Below, in pieces: positions 62,625 through 64,000 of a stretch of 64,000 nucleotides of DNA. Origin of the DNA: Octopus sinensis (lineage: Eukaryota); NCBI RefSeq assembly GCF_006345805.1, contig NC_042997.1:192882001-192946000 (forward strand). The letters are read 5' to 3'. Made by a program: the position numbers and the translations under genes. The notes beneath the pieces were generated by a model. The model worked only from the letters and a program-made list of their open reading frames with translations. It was not told where the DNA came from and ran no database searches. Positions within the stretch are counted from its first letter, which is position 1. Each line of letters opens with the position of its first letter.

Positions 62625-63790
62625 ACATGGGTAGAGGTAGGGGTCCACCAAGGATCAGTCCTCAGCACCCTTTTATTCATCATAGTCCTGCAGGCAATAA
62701 CAGAGGGATTCAAGACAGGATGTCCCTGGGAACTTCTCTATGCTGATGACCTTGCTCTAATAGCTGAGTCACTATCAGAACTAGAGAAGTTTCAGGTGTG
62801 GAAGAATGGTCTAGAATTGAAGGGCCTTAGAGTCAATCTAGCAAAAACCGAAGTCCTAATAAGTAGGCAGGCAGACAAATCACAAATCCCTTCAGGTAGA
62901 TGGCCCTGCTCGATCTGTAGAAATGTGTAGGTAGAAACTCCATAAGATGTACCTGGTGTAAGCTATGGACACATAAGAGGTGCAGCAATATCAAAGGAAG
63001 ACTAACTGGGAAGATAGTTTTTGTATGTGGCAAATGCTCAGGGGCAATAAACACTGAAAATGTGCAGAAAACAGTTTCCGTCACATGTCAGGGAAAAAAA
63101 ACTAGAAGTAGTTGATAGCTTCCATTATCTAGGTGACCAAGTCAGTAGTAGGAGTGGATGCTCCGAGAGTGTAGCTGCTAGAATAAAAATAGCCTGAGCA
63201 AAGTTCAGAGAGCTCCTATCTCTGCTGGTGACAAAAGGCCTCTCGTTCAGAGTAAGAGGTAGACTGTATGAACCATGTGTGTGAACAGCCATATTACATG
63301 GCTGTAAAACAGGGGCCATGACTGCTGAGGACATGCGTAAGCTTGCAAGGAATGAAACCAGTATGCTCCACTGGATGTGAAATGTCAGTGTGCATACACG
63401 ACAGTGTAAGTGCCCTGAGAAAAATGTTGGACATAAGAAGCATCAGATGTGGTGTGCAAGAGAGATGACTGTGCTGGTATGGTTATGTGTTGCGTTTGGA
63501 TAATGACATCTGTGTGAAAAAGAGTCATACCCTAGCAGGAGAGGGAACCTGTGGGAGAGGTAGACTCAGAAAGACCTGGTATGAGGTGAAGAAGCACAAC
63601 CTTCGAATGTTGGGCCTCAAGGAGGTGATGACAAATGATCGAGACCTTTGGAGATATGCTGTGCTTGAGAAAAGCTGGCGAGCCAAGTGAGACTGTAGCC
63701 ATGGCCTATGCCAGTGCAGAGTAACCAGCCCATTTAAGAGTACCCTTCAATTATTGGGCAATAAACTGCACTTTCGAAGACCTGTTGAGT
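62625..63790 (+). mobile_element. RTE-clade LINE, 3' portion (RT domain to 3' UTR), degenerate
   Basis: GVHQGSVLSTLLFIIVLQAIT..PWELLYADDLAL, LRVNLAKT and GRGRLRKTW motifs with stops and frameshifts. Confidence 0.9.
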
Positions 63791-64000
63791 CAAGCGAAGT
63801 CATTGTTGTGGCCGATGACAGTACTGTCTGACTGGTCCTGTGCCGGTGACATGTAAAAAGCACCGTTCAAGCTCACATGCCAATGGCACGTAAAAAGCAC
63901 CATTCAAGCATGGTCGATGCCAGTGCTGGGTGATGGGTCCCATGCTGGTGGCACATAAAAAGCACAATTCGAGCGTGGTCGTTGCCAGTGCCGCCTGACT

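Overview
AT-rich, microsatellite- and SINE-dense eukaryotic genomic DNA. The repeat families resemble those of octopus (coleoid cephalopod) genomes; this species assignment is my inference. Three spliced host genes can be reconstructed by hand. (1) The last two coding exons of a WASP-interacting protein (WIP/verprolin) family gene on + (550-3772). (2) A complete 13-coding-exon CCDC47 (PAT complex subunit) on - (31767 to 9825, 488 aa), convergent with the WIP gene. (3) The first 10 coding exons of IFT70/TTC30 (fleer) on + (45732 to past the window end), divergent from CCDC47. The ~10 kb between the two divergent 5' ends is a stack of transposons: Tx1/L1-type LINE fragments, a decayed DD34D mariner, SINEs, and a very young full-length Ty3/Gypsy (CsRN1-like) LTR element (40008-45070). 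That element has near-identical LTRs, a 4-bp TSD, a tRNA-Trp PBS, an unusually short Gag and a clear -1 frameshift signal. Introns hold many tRNA-derived SINEs, TTAA-flanked MITEs, non-autonomous Helitron-like elements, RTE/CR1 fragments, two tRNA relics and two long fold-back inverted repeats. Nearly all short ORFs in the track are repeat noise. I found no CRISPR or rRNA and no unambiguous novel multi-gene system. The best leads are the Gypsy element's biology, the inverted repeats and one orphan exon-like ORF.
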